Part shown: piece after piece, positions 47,901-56,615 of the stretch | Numbering within the stretch: position 1 is the first letter of the stretch | How the letters are laid out: every line of letters starts with the position of its first letter | Origin: Gemmatimonas sp. | Lineage (GTDB): Bacteria > Gemmatimonadota > Gemmatimonadetes > Gemmatimonadales > Gemmatimonadaceae | DNA: 64,000 bases | NCBI GenBank assembly: GCA_965279375.1 | Contig: OZ257156.1 | Location: 5,152,001-5,216,000, forward strand | Direction of reading: 5' to 3' | The notes under the pieces: generated by a model | The model's database searches: none | Told to the model about the DNA's origin: nothing | What the model saw: only the letters and a program-made list of their open reading frames with translations | Position numbers and translations under genes: made by a program

Positions 47901-48357
47901 ACTCTTCGGGCAGTCCGAACTTCAGCGCGCAGTGCACTATCAGGCCGACACGTTTGCGAGCGTGCTGCTGCACAATGACGGCAACGGCGCGTTCAGCGCC
48001 ACGCCGCTACCATCACTCGCGCAGGCATCACCGATTCGCGGCATCGCGCCGGTGGACGTGGACGGCGACGGCCATCTCGATCTCGTTGTCGCCGGAAACC
48101 TGTACGACATTGAGCCGAACACGCCGAGGGCGGACGCGGGGAACGGGGTCTGGCTGCGTGGCGATGGGCGTGCGCATTTCACTGCGGTATCGCCGCGCGA
48201 GAGCGGCTTTCTTGCACCACACAACGCGGCAGGGCTGGCGCTGCTCACTACCACGGCCGGCAAGTCACTGCTCGTGGCCAACACGGGCGATGCGCTGCAG
48301 CTCTTCTCACTCGGCAAACGCAAACACGGCACCGGTACCGAAGTACCAGTGCCGTGA
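44935..48357 (+). CDS. FG-GAP/VCBS repeat + ASPIC/UnbV lipoprotein
   Basis: LGGC lipobox; YNGAGVAVGDIDNDG, many DxNxDGxxD repeats, TDWSWSALFADFDNDG, RGFMSS...HFGLG; second propeller at the C-terminus. Confidence 0.9.
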   Translation: MNIVLHIVFETIARLCSPRRTAGVAALLCLGGCSTASEPPVFRLLDAGKTGVDFANTITTSDSLNAQSDPYVYNGAGVAVGDIDNDGRPDLFFAGNMVSSRLYLNKGEMRFEDITTAAGVRTSRWATGVTMADINSDGWLDVYVAVSGPPWAKGADRTNQLFINNHDRTFTESAAKYGVADSSFTTHSALLDYDRDGCLDLFLLNNAPTDFARGDGGMGSANRKGQSPGSLNVLYRNDCHGHFTDVSLQAGIVPVPGYGLGVAVADINGDSWPDIYVSNDIGPNDVLYVNNRDGTFTDKAAQSLKHTSLAGMGVDIADFNNDGWPDIVQVDMWPSDLTRRKRMSGFATYDGQLAARSRGIREDVSANVLQLSNGVTPSGDVVFSDVAQMAGVAATDWSWSALFADFDNDGLKDIFIGNGYPKAVNDLDYQTAANGAVRAGDTQRALKLLSDLYAYELPNYVFRNNGDLTFSDQSKAWGIDKPGFAYGAAYADLDGDGKLDLVVNNIDGPASIYHNVRPTDETHHFLAIRLQGDSLNTHGIGASIALSAGGVQQHLYNAPSRGFMSSMDGPLHFGLGGANRVDTVAVVWPDGRRQLLTNLAADRVVDVKWADASPPTAGSVTPTTSSKVAATEQYFTQADASQGLAFTPRPPSLVDFHVQPLLHYMPSRQGPPTAVGDVNGDGLDDVFVGGGSRAPGTLLVQQKDGRFVASTQNQPWTADSLFDDWGALFFDANGDGRPDLYVASGGYQLAPNSPLLQDRLYLNTGTGAFVNAPANALPAMPTSTAAVRAGDFNGDGKLDLFVGGRLSPREYPSPARSYVLRNDGDHFTDVTGEVAPELAKPIGMITDATWVDFDGDGKLDLVTVGEWMPIDFYRNEGTRLRNVTSSMKLPPQRGWWYSLAVADVDKDGRPDLVAGNVGLNVAYQATPESKFGIYASPFTGGQNTDIVLTQQVGPKEVPIASLATLGHEMYTLGVKFPTYGSFASASMDQLFGQSELQRAVHYQADTFASVLLHNDGNGAFSATPLPSLAQASPIRGIAPVDVDGDGHLDLVVAGNLYDIEPNTPRADAGNGVWLRGDGRAHFTAVSPRESGFLAPHNAAGLALLTTTAGKSLLVANTGDALQLFSLGKRKHGTGTEVPVP

Positions 48358-48393
48358 TTGTGTAGTGTAGCGACCGCGAGGTGCGTTACCGAC

Positions 48394-50166
48394 TTACCAG
48401 CCGGTGTTCTGCGTGAGCCCTGCGCCCTTCGCCTTGCTCAGCTGCACCTGAATCTGCGGGATCGGGAACAGCGCATGGCGCGCGGCCACGGCGGCGGCAC
48501 CACCAAGCTGCAGGCGACGCGTCTTCTCGACGGCCAAGTAGGAGTTGAGCACCGACTCCGCGATACCCCAACGACGCAGGTCGAAGAAGCGGGTGCCTTC
48601 CATGGCCAGTTCGAGGCGGCGTTCGTCGCGCACGGCGGCGCGAGCGACCGTCTGCGAGGTCCACGGCGTGGTGTAGAGTCCGATCTTGTAGTTCGCCCAC
48701 GTGATCCGAGGATCGTTGATGGGCACCGCAATCGACGCGACATCCGTTCCGGGGCCCTGCACGCGCGCACCGGCGCGAGTGCGAACTTCGTTCACGATGG
48801 CGCGCGCGGTTTCCATCGAGCCGGCTTCCACTTCTGCTTCCGCCAGCAACAGCAGCGCATCGGCGTAGCGGAAGATGTGTATGTTCACCGCGTTCAGCTG
48901 CGTGTTGTTCCAGCCGACGGAGCTGACGGCACCGCTGGCCTTCTCGTGCATGTTCTTCTTGTTGCTGTACGGGCCACCGTACGAGGCTGAACGAATCCAA
49001 TCCGGCGCGTGCGGGCCCCAGTCCTTGTACGGCACGCCGTCGCGACCGACCGTGTAGTCGAGGCGCGGGTCAACCGGCGTCTTGTTGGAGGAGGTGAAGT
49101 TCGCGTTGTTGGCGTTCCAGGCCGCGTTCGTCTGCGACGCCGGCAATCCGGTGTTCGGATCGGTGGCGAAGAAGTTGACGAGGTTCTGCGACGGCTGATG
49201 GAAGCCGCAGCAACCGAACGGGCTGCCCGAGTGCGGAAAGGTGAGACGTCCACCGTAGTTGGAGTTCGTGCCGTCCGCCTGACCGTCGTTGGCCGATGCC
49301 TGATAGGCCAGGATCGTCTCACGACCGTTCTCGTACTGCGAGAAGCCCGTCCACACGCGATCGTAGCTGGCTTCGAGAGCGTACGGTCCGGTGGCGCGCA
49401 CTTCGCGAAGCGTGGTCAGCGCCGCGGCGTACTCGGCGTTGAACATCTGCACGCGTCCCTTGTACGCCTTGGCCGTCCACGAGGTGACACGAGCGACGTC
49501 GCTGTTGCGCGGGGTTGCCGGCAGCAGCGCGATCGCGGCGTCGAGGTCCTTGATGATTTCCTTCGCCGCTTCGGCCTTGGTGATGTTGGGCTTGGCGAAG
49601 TCGGTGTCCGTCTCGCGGTAGTACGGGATGTTGCCCCACATCTTCCACGCTTCGAAGTGATAGTGCGCGCGGAGGAAGAGGGCCTCGCCTTCGATACCCT
49701 TCTGGTCCGCCGTCGAAATTTCCGACGGCTTCGCGGCGACGACATCCTTGAGCAGCTTGATCGTGGCGTTGGCGCGAACGACCCCTTCGTACGTCGCGCG
49801 CCACTTGTCATTCAGCTCGCTTTCCACGCCCGGCGCCGACCACTGATACTGCTCGATCGGGTCGATGTTGGGCTGGTCGGTGGCTTCCGAACCCTTGTAG
49901 GCGTCGTCGCTGGCAACGCTGCCCCAGATCCAGTTGCTCGCGGCGGAGCCCCATGCTCCGCCGACACCGCTCGTGAAGTCGAGCTGACGGTACGCGGCCA
50001 TCAGCGTGCCTTCGACGCCGGCCTTGTTCTGAAGGGTTCCGGCATCGAGCGTGCCCTGCGGCACGGAGGCGTCGGTCAGGAACTGGTCGCACCCGTAGAA
50101 CACGCCCGCCGACAGCGTCAGCAGTACCATGCCGAGGAGCGCTGGCTTCCTCGATCCGTATGTCAT
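48394..50166 (-). CDS. RagB/SusD-family lipoprotein
   Basis: FYGC lipobox, GEALFLRAHYHF, WGNIPY, FRYADALLLLAEA, ERRLELAMEGTRFFDLRRWG, LTQNTGW. Confidence 0.95.
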   Translation of the reverse strand: MTYGSRKPALLGMVLLTLSAGVFYGCDQFLTDASVPQGTLDAGTLQNKAGVEGTLMAAYRQLDFTSGVGGAWGSAASNWIWGSVASDDAYKGSEATDQPNIDPIEQYQWSAPGVESELNDKWRATYEGVVRANATIKLLKDVVAAKPSEISTADQKGIEGEALFLRAHYHFEAWKMWGNIPYYRETDTDFAKPNITKAEAAKEIIKDLDAAIALLPATPRNSDVARVTSWTAKAYKGRVQMFNAEYAAALTTLREVRATGPYALEASYDRVWTGFSQYENGRETILAYQASANDGQADGTNSNYGGRLTFPHSGSPFGCCGFHQPSQNLVNFFATDPNTGLPASQTNAAWNANNANFTSSNKTPVDPRLDYTVGRDGVPYKDWGPHAPDWIRSASYGGPYSNKKNMHEKASGAVSSVGWNNTQLNAVNIHIFRYADALLLLAEAEVEAGSMETARAIVNEVRTRAGARVQGPGTDVASIAVPINDPRITWANYKIGLYTTPWTSQTVARAAVRDERRLELAMEGTRFFDLRRWGIAESVLNSYLAVEKTRRLQLGGAAAVAARHALFPIPQIQVQLSKAKGAGLTQNTGW

Positions 50167-50196
50167 CGTCGTCCTCTGATTGGAGTATTTCATCGG

Positions 50197-53100
50197 TCAG
50201 AACGAAGTCGTGATGCCGAGCGAGAACGTGCGGTTGCTCGGGTATACGCCACGATCCACGCCACGGAACTGGTCACGGATGTCGCCGGCAGCGCCGAAGA
50301 CGTTCGCGGTCGGCAGCGACGGATCGAGTCCGTTGTAGCCGGTGATCGTGAACAGGTTTTCCGCCTGTACGTACACGCGCGTCGCGCTGATCCAACGCGC
50401 CATGGACGCCGGCACGTTGTAGCCCAGCTGCAGGGTGCGCATGCGGACGTACGAGCCGTCCTCGACGTAGTAGCTGCTGATCGCCTTGCTGTACGTGTCG
50501 TTCTGGTCGAGACGCGGGTACTTGGCGTTCTGATTCGTCGGCGTCCACGAGTTCTCGAGCAGGTCCTTCCGCACGTTCGTCGAGAAGTCGCGGAAGATGT
50601 AGAAGTCCTTCTGCGCGTCGAAGATCTTGTTGCCGAAGCTACCGAACACCGAGGCGCTGAGGTCCCAGTTGCCGTGCCTGTAGCCCACGTCGAAGCTGGA
50701 CGTGAAGTTCGGGTGCGGCGAGCCGATGATCGTGCGGTCGGCGGCGGTGATCTGCTTGTCACCGTTCACATCGACGAACTTGATGCGACCCGGCGCGGCG
50801 CCGTCCTGTCTCGCATGAGCAGACACGTCGGCGGCGTCCTTGAAGAAGCCGTCGGCCTTCAATCCGTAGAACGAGCCGATCGGCTGTCCGACCTGATTGA
50901 TGATGGCGTTGCCGATGCGCGTCGAGATCGGGCCATAGAAGAAGTCCTGCTGGCCATCGATGGAGACGATCTTGTTCTTGTAGCGGCTGAGCTGGAGGCT
51001 GGCGTTCCAGGAATTGCCCTGGTGGCCGAGGGAGATGTCAAAGCCCTTGTTGCTCATCTTGCCGATGTTGACGATCGGCGGTGCCGCGATGCCCGCCGTG
51101 CCCGGCAACGCGGGATCGAAGAGCAGGTTGTTGGTGGCGCGCTCGTAGACGTCGATGATGACGCTCAAGTTCGACTCGAAGAGCGAGAGATCGGCACCGA
51201 AGTTCGTGGACCGGTTCTCTTCCCACTTGAGGTTGGAGTTACCGAGCGAGGTCTGGCGATAGCCTGCACGCACGGTCGTGTTGGAACCCGTGATGTCGTA
51301 GTACGTGTCACCGTTGCTGCCGCCGAACTGATTGAGCGTGCGGCCGGACGGAATCGACTGATTGCCGGTGACGCCGTATCCGACGCGCAGCATGGCGTCC
51401 GAGACGATCTTGTTGCCGGTCAGGAACTTTTCCTTCGAGATGCGCCAGCCAAGTCCAGCGGCCGGGAACGTACCCCAGCGATTGGTCTCGCCGAGTCGCG
51501 ACGAGCCATCGCGGCGCACGGTCAGGCTCGCGATGTACTTCTCGTCGAAGTTGTAGTCGGCCTTACCGAAGTACGAGAGCAGCGCGCTCTCGCCACCGGT
51601 GCTGTTGACTGCCTTGGTCTTCGCATCGGCGAGGGCGTCCTGGATGTAGCGCGCCGCGAGATCGGTCGAGAGCAGGTTGGCCTGCGAAGCGCCGAGGAAC
51701 CGGTTCGTACCGGCGTTCGCTTCCTGTCCAACCAGCACCGACAGGCTGTGCGACGAGAACTGCTTCGAGTATTTCGCCGTGTTGCTCCAGGTCCAGTCCG
51801 ACGACTGGCTCTGGTTCTCGTTGATCGAGTTGCTGAAGCTCGGCTCGGAGTTTTCCGGTGTGATGGCGCTGTAGCCGGTGAAGCCGCCCTGGTTGACGCT
51901 GAAGCCCAGGCTGCTGCGCAGCGAGATCTGCGGGTTGACCGTGAACCCGGCGAAGATGTTGCCGAAGACTCGGTTGTTCTTGGTGATGTTGTTGCGAGCT
52001 TCGTACGCCGTCTTGAGCGGGTTGGTGTTGTTGCCGAGGCCCACCGCCTTGCCCGACGCGAAGTTGCCCCTGATGTCGTAGATGGGCACCACCGGCTGCA
52101 TCAGGATGTTCTTGCCGATCAGATCCGTTTCGCCGCCCTGGTCGTCCGGCAGACCGCCGAACTGACGCTCAGCCGAGATGCCGATGTTTTCGCCGAACGT
52201 CAGCTTGTTGCGCGTGAACTGCGTGTTGGCGCGAACGCTGATGCGGCGGAAATTGCTGTACGCCGCCGTGCCGTCCTGATTGAAGTAGTTGAACGACACG
52301 CCGTACTGGTTGCCGGCGCCGGCGCCTGTGATGCTCAGGTTCGCATCAGTCACCTTTCCGGGATCGCCGAAGACGGCCTTCCACCAGTTCGTGCCGGCGC
52401 TGCCGGGCATGATCAGGCTGTTCGGATACGAGTACTTGGCGGGATCGACGCCCGACGGCCGCCCGAACGCGTCGGTGCCGGCGCGCGTGTCGGTCGCGGC
52501 GAAGGTGTACTGCGGCACCGTCGGGTTCTTCGGATCGCCGTAGATGTTGGTCGGCACCGGAAGCCCCGCGTTCTCATACGACGTCTTGACCACTTTGTAG
52601 TAGTCCAGCGCATCGGTGATGAGGAACTTGTCGTAGCCGTTGACCGGATTCGCCATACCCGTGCGAATCGTCGCCGTCATCTTCGGCGGCCCTGATGCAC
52701 CACGCTTGGTGGTTTCGATCAGGATGACGCCGTTGCTCGCGCGCGAGCCGTAGATCGACGACGCCGAGGCATCCTTGAGCACCTGGATCGACGTGATGTC
52801 GTTCGGGTTCAGGAAGTTGATGTAGGAGTCCTGAACCGGCACGCCGTCGATGACGTAGAGCGGGTCGTTGTTCTGGAAGGAGCTGATGCCGCGGATACGC
52901 ACCGTGCTGCGCGATCCCGGCGAACCGCTCGTCGCCACCGTGATACCGGGCACGGCATCGAGACGCTTGAGAATGCTGGCGCCGGTTTCGCGCTTGGCCG
53001 CATCGACATCCAGGCTCGCCACGGCGCCGGTGATCTCCGATCGGCGCGTTTCCGTGTACGCGGTGACCACCAACTGTTCGAGGTAGGCGACCGACTCCAT

Positions 53101-53433
53101 CGTGATGTCGATGCGGGTCCGCCCCTCAACATTGGCCTGTGCGGGTCGCTTGCCGAACGCCACATACGTGAGCACGGCGGTCGACGGCGCTTGAATGGTG
53201 TAACGCCCGTTGTCTGTCGTGAGCGCGCGGACTTCCGTGCCCCGAACGTTCACCGTGACGCCGGAGATCGGCGCACCGGTGGTACTTGTGACCGTTCCGC
53301 TCACTGTGACCGTCTGAGCTTGCGCGGCCGTGCTCGCAGCGAGCGAGAGCATCAGCACGAACCGGGCGACACGCCAGCCCGAATGGGGCCGACTTCCGCG
53401 CGATCGAGGCACCGACAACAGCGTGTCCATCAT
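50197..53433 (-). CDS. SusC/RagA-family TonB-dependent transporter
   Basis: VRIRGISSF, PLYVIDGVP, LKDASASSIYGSRASNGVILIETTKRG, RRDGSSR, LKWEE, terminal Phe; GAGGAG RBS before ATG at 53433. Confidence 0.96.
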   Translation of the reverse strand: MMDTLLSVPRSRGSRPHSGWRVARFVLMLSLAASTAAQAQTVTVSGTVTSTTGAPISGVTVNVRGTEVRALTTDNGRYTIQAPSTAVLTYVAFGKRPAQANVEGRTRIDITMESVAYLEQLVVTAYTETRRSEITGAVASLDVDAAKRETGASILKRLDAVPGITVATSGSPGSRSTVRIRGISSFQNNDPLYVIDGVPVQDSYINFLNPNDITSIQVLKDASASSIYGSRASNGVILIETTKRGASGPPKMTATIRTGMANPVNGYDKFLITDALDYYKVVKTSYENAGLPVPTNIYGDPKNPTVPQYTFAATDTRAGTDAFGRPSGVDPAKYSYPNSLIMPGSAGTNWWKAVFGDPGKVTDANLSITGAGAGNQYGVSFNYFNQDGTAAYSNFRRISVRANTQFTRNKLTFGENIGISAERQFGGLPDDQGGETDLIGKNILMQPVVPIYDIRGNFASGKAVGLGNNTNPLKTAYEARNNITKNNRVFGNIFAGFTVNPQISLRSSLGFSVNQGGFTGYSAITPENSEPSFSNSINENQSQSSDWTWSNTAKYSKQFSSHSLSVLVGQEANAGTNRFLGASQANLLSTDLAARYIQDALADAKTKAVNSTGGESALLSYFGKADYNFDEKYIASLTVRRDGSSRLGETNRWGTFPAAGLGWRISKEKFLTGNKIVSDAMLRVGYGVTGNQSIPSGRTLNQFGGSNGDTYYDITGSNTTVRAGYRQTSLGNSNLKWEENRSTNFGADLSLFESNLSVIIDVYERATNNLLFDPALPGTAGIAAPPIVNIGKMSNKGFDISLGHQGNSWNASLQLSRYKNKIVSIDGQQDFFYGPISTRIGNAIINQVGQPIGSFYGLKADGFFKDAADVSAHARQDGAAPGRIKFVDVNGDKQITAADRTIIGSPHPNFTSSFDVGYRHGNWDLSASVFGSFGNKIFDAQKDFYIFRDFSTNVRKDLLENSWTPTNQNAKYPRLDQNDTYSKAISSYYVEDGSYVRMRTLQLGYNVPASMARWISATRVYVQAENLFTITGYNGLDPSLPTANVFGAAGDIRDQFRGVDRGVYPSNRTFSLGITTSF

Positions 53434-53902
53434 TCTCCTCCAGAATCCACGTGGGTGGGAACCTCGACGCGTCTGGACCGCATACTGCCGGGCCGCAGAC
53501 CGGGGTGGAGCCCGGCCGACGACGATCACCGATGGTCGGCGACCGACCTTGCCTGAACAGCACTGGTGCAACGCGGGCGCCGCAAACTCCCATCACGTGG
53601 AGAAAGGGGATGCGCGGCTGGGGGCGGTGGCGGGGCGAAACGAGAGGTGGGAGTCAGCGAGGCGGGACGGAGCGACGTGGTGCAATGAAGCCGACGGGAC
53701 GGTCTGACTTGCTACTGGGGTGGACCGCGCCAGACTGATGCCGGACCACTTTCTGCCAATTGGTCCCTAGGTACGGCCCGCAGAGCGTCTTGTCAAGAAG
53801 TCTTCGTCACGCCCTTGCGTCCGCTGGCCGTTCTTCGCAGTTCTCAGGGACGACTTTGCACAGTCGGATCGGATAGCGACCTCGACCGCGGAGGATCTTC
53901 CC

Positions 53903-54343
53903 ATGGTTGCGCCACACCGAGTTATGACGCGCCGACTTGCCCCGCACCGATGGCTTTCGGTGCTGCTCCTCGCGGCAGCGTGTGCCTCCCCGCGCCCTTC
54001 CGACACGGCGTCGCCGCGCGCGCAGCAGGACCCGCGCTCCATTTCCGCTGTGGAGTTGCGAGATCCGGTTGTCGCCAGCATGGACGCGATGAAGGCGATC
54101 CGGTTCCTGCGGCCGAACTTCTTCCGCGTCTCCGGCCCGCAAAGCTTCGTCAACGGGGACGCCGGCAAGGTCCAGTACTCGATGGACTTCGGCCCCGTGC
54201 GACCGCTCAGCGAGCTGTCCACGCTCACCACCGCGATGCTCGTCGAGATCCGCTACCTCGACGCGAACGACGCGCAGAATCGTTTCGGCCTGCGAGCCAA
54301 CGGCGGGCCGGTCATCGTCCTCCTGAACAACAAGGTGCCGTAG
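53903..54343 (+). CDS. Small lipoprotein resembling an isolated TonB-receptor plug domain
   Basis: LAAAC lipobox; ISAVELR...AIRFLRPNFF...VEIRYL...RFG...GGPVIVL. Confidence 0.7.
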   Translation: MVAPHRVMTRRLAPHRWLSVLLLAAACASPRPSDTASPRAQQDPRSISAVELRDPVVASMDAMKAIRFLRPNFFRVSGPQSFVNGDAGKVQYSMDFGPVRPLSELSTLTTAMLVEIRYLDANDAQNRFGLRANGGPVIVLLNNKVP

Positions 54344-54440
54344 GGCGAATCGGCACGCGGAACCGCGGGCGACTGACGTGGCGCACTCGCGCCCCGCCCC
54401 GTATCGTCCAGCGGTAATGACTCTGTCTCACGCTCTCGAC

Positions 54441-56402
54441 ATGGCGCGCGGGGTTCCGCGCCAGCCGATCTCGCTCGGCCGCGCCCTCGCGCAGCTCGTT
54501 CCAACGCTCGTCTCGCCGCTCGCGCTCGTGCTTCTGAATGCCTGCGCGCAGCCGCTGACGCTCGCTCCCAACGACGCCGACCGCGTCCTCGCGCATCGCA
54601 CCCTCACCGCGCCCAACCCCGGCGAGAAAGGACCGCTCTCAGTGAAGCGGCTCTTCTACGGCACCGGTGGCGACAAGCGACGCGCCGAGTATCGCGACTC
54701 GCTCACGTACAAGACCGGCACGGTGGACGCGTCGCCGTACGCAAAGATGGAGCCCGCGTCGGCCAAGAGTCGCAAGAAGTACTGGGGCTTCGATAACACC
54801 AAGTTCCCGCTCAACGCGCGTGTCTGGTATCCCGACGGCGCCGGCCCCTTCCCGCTCGTGCTCGTGGTGCACGGCAACCACGACATGACCGACTTCTCCG
54901 ACCCGGGCTACGCCTGGCTCGGCGAGTTGCTCGCGTCCCGAGGATTCATCCTCGCCTCGATCGACGAGAATTTCCTGAACGGCGGCATTCGGGGCGAGAA
55001 CGACGCTCGCGGATGGGTGCTGCTCAAACATCTCGAAGTCTTTCGCGCGCTCAACGACAGCGCCGGCAAACCCCTCGCCGGCAAGATCGACATGTCGCGC
55101 ATCGCACTCATGGGCCACTCGCGTGGTGGCGAGGCGGTCGCGATCGCGGCTGCGTTCAATCGCCTGCCGTTCTATCCAGACGACGCGTCGCAGAAGCTGG
55201 GCTTCAACTTCTCGATCAAGGGCGTGGTGGCGATTGCCCCGGTCGATGGCCAGTATCGCCCTGCCGATCAGCCCACGCCCGTCGCGGACTACAGCTATCT
55301 CGTGATTCACGGCTCGCACGATGGCGACGTCTCGAACTTCATGGGACTCGCGCAGTACAACCGCCTTCGCTACACCAAGCCCGGCCCCGACTTCAAGAGC
55401 GCCATCTGGATGTACCGCGCCAACCACGGCCAGTGGAACACGGTGTGGAACAACAAGGACAACGGCGACTACTCGGTCCGCTCGCTCAATCTCAAGGCGC
55501 TCGTCCCCGGCGAGCAGCAGCGGCAGTTCGGTCGCGTGGTGATCAGCGGCTTCCTCGAGACGGTGCTGCACGGCAAGGAAGAGTATCGCGAGATCTTCCG
55601 CGATCACCGAAGCGCCGGTGATTGGCTGCCCCCGACGATGTATCTCACGCGCTACGCCGACGCCAACGCCCGCTACCTCGCGACGTTCGACGAAGACGTG
55701 GACGTGACCACGGGTGCGATGCCGGGCGTGCGCATCTCCACCGACTCGCTGTCCTCGTGGAAGGAGAGCGACGTCACCATACGCTCACGCGGCGGCAGCT
55801 TCCGCAGCAACGTGGCCACCGTCGGCTGGAACAACGCGCCGATCGGAAAGGACACAACGCTCAAGCGCGCACCGGCGCGTATGACGATCTCCATTTCCGA
55901 TTCGCTGCGAGTCGCGTTGCGCCCCACGGCGCAGTCGGCGCTGTTGCTGACCGTCGGCACCACCGATCAGACGCCCGGACCGCGCAAGATCGCGCGCGAT
56001 ACCACGATCAAGACGGACAGCGCGGCTGCAAAGAAGCCGGCCGCCAAGAAGCCCGCGGCACCCAAGACCAAACCGCCCAAGGACTCCACGCCGCCCGACT
56101 TCACCGTGGAGCTCGAAGACACGGCCGGACACATTGCGCGCCTGCCCCTCTCGGAATTCGGTGCTGTGCGTCGTCCGCTCGAGAGCTACATCTATCGCCG
56201 CAAGGGCAAAGACAAGACGAACTTCCCGACGCTTGCCGAGCCAGTGATGCAGACGTACGTGATGCCTGCTGCGCGTTTCGTGCAGGCCAATACACAGTTC
56301 GACATCGCCGCCCTCAAGTCGATCCGCTTCGTCTTCGATCGCACGCGAGCGAACGCCGTCATGCTCGACGACATCGGCCTCACGCTCGGCGGCACGCGAT
56401 AA
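54441..56402 (+). CDS. Alpha/beta-hydrolase lipoprotein (chlorophyllase-like fold)
   Basis: LLNAC lipobox; PFPLVLVVHGNH, GHSRGGEA nucleophile elbow, HGSHDGDV, ANHGQWN. Start uncertain (54378-54441). Confidence 0.85.
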   Translation: MARGVPRQPISLGRALAQLVPTLVSPLALVLLNACAQPLTLAPNDADRVLAHRTLTAPNPGEKGPLSVKRLFYGTGGDKRRAEYRDSLTYKTGTVDASPYAKMEPASAKSRKKYWGFDNTKFPLNARVWYPDGAGPFPLVLVVHGNHDMTDFSDPGYAWLGELLASRGFILASIDENFLNGGIRGENDARGWVLLKHLEVFRALNDSAGKPLAGKIDMSRIALMGHSRGGEAVAIAAAFNRLPFYPDDASQKLGFNFSIKGVVAIAPVDGQYRPADQPTPVADYSYLVIHGSHDGDVSNFMGLAQYNRLRYTKPGPDFKSAIWMYRANHGQWNTVWNNKDNGDYSVRSLNLKALVPGEQQRQFGRVVISGFLETVLHGKEEYREIFRDHRSAGDWLPPTMYLTRYADANARYLATFDEDVDVTTGAMPGVRISTDSLSSWKESDVTIRSRGGSFRSNVATVGWNNAPIGKDTTLKRAPARMTISISDSLRVALRPTAQSALLLTVGTTDQTPGPRKIARDTTIKTDSAAAKKPAAKKPAAPKTKPPKDSTPPDFTVELEDTAGHIARLPLSEFGAVRRPLESYIYRRKGKDKTNFPTLAEPVMQTYVMPAARFVQANTQFDIAALKSIRFVFDRTRANAVMLDDIGLTLGGTR

Positions 56403-56410
56403 CGCGCGCC

Positions 56411-56527
56411 TCAGCGCACACCGTGCAACCGCTTCAGCACTTCGAAGAGGTTCACGGTGTGCGCGCTCCAGAACAACAGGGCCAGCACGATCGCACCAGA
56501 GACGAGCCAGACGGTACGCGATTTCAT
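56411..56527 (-). CDS. Small membrane peptide (38 aa) downstream of the ABC permease
   Basis: Manual translation MKSRTVWLVSGAIVLALLFWSAHTVNLFEVLKRLHGVR; AGGAG shortly upstream of the ATG. Confidence 0.7.
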   Translation of the reverse strand: MKSRTVWLVSGAIVLALLFWSAHTVNLFEVLKRLHGVR

Positions 56528-56615
56528 GTGATCTCCTACAGCAGCTGAATGTGAATGGGCGCCGTCGCGTGCTACGCGCGCGCGCGGTTTGTGAACGGTG
56601 CGAACAGGCGCGCGA

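Noticed and set aside
36299..48357. Recurrent GAC/AAC-rich DNA repeats as a possible CRISPR or repeat array
   Set aside because: They encode FG-GAP DxDxDG motifs; degenerate, irregularly spaced, and no cas genes.
49009..52695. 1228-aa plus-strand ORF
   Set aside because: Antisense shadow of the strongly codon-biased susC/susD genes; Arg/Val-rich with no motifs.
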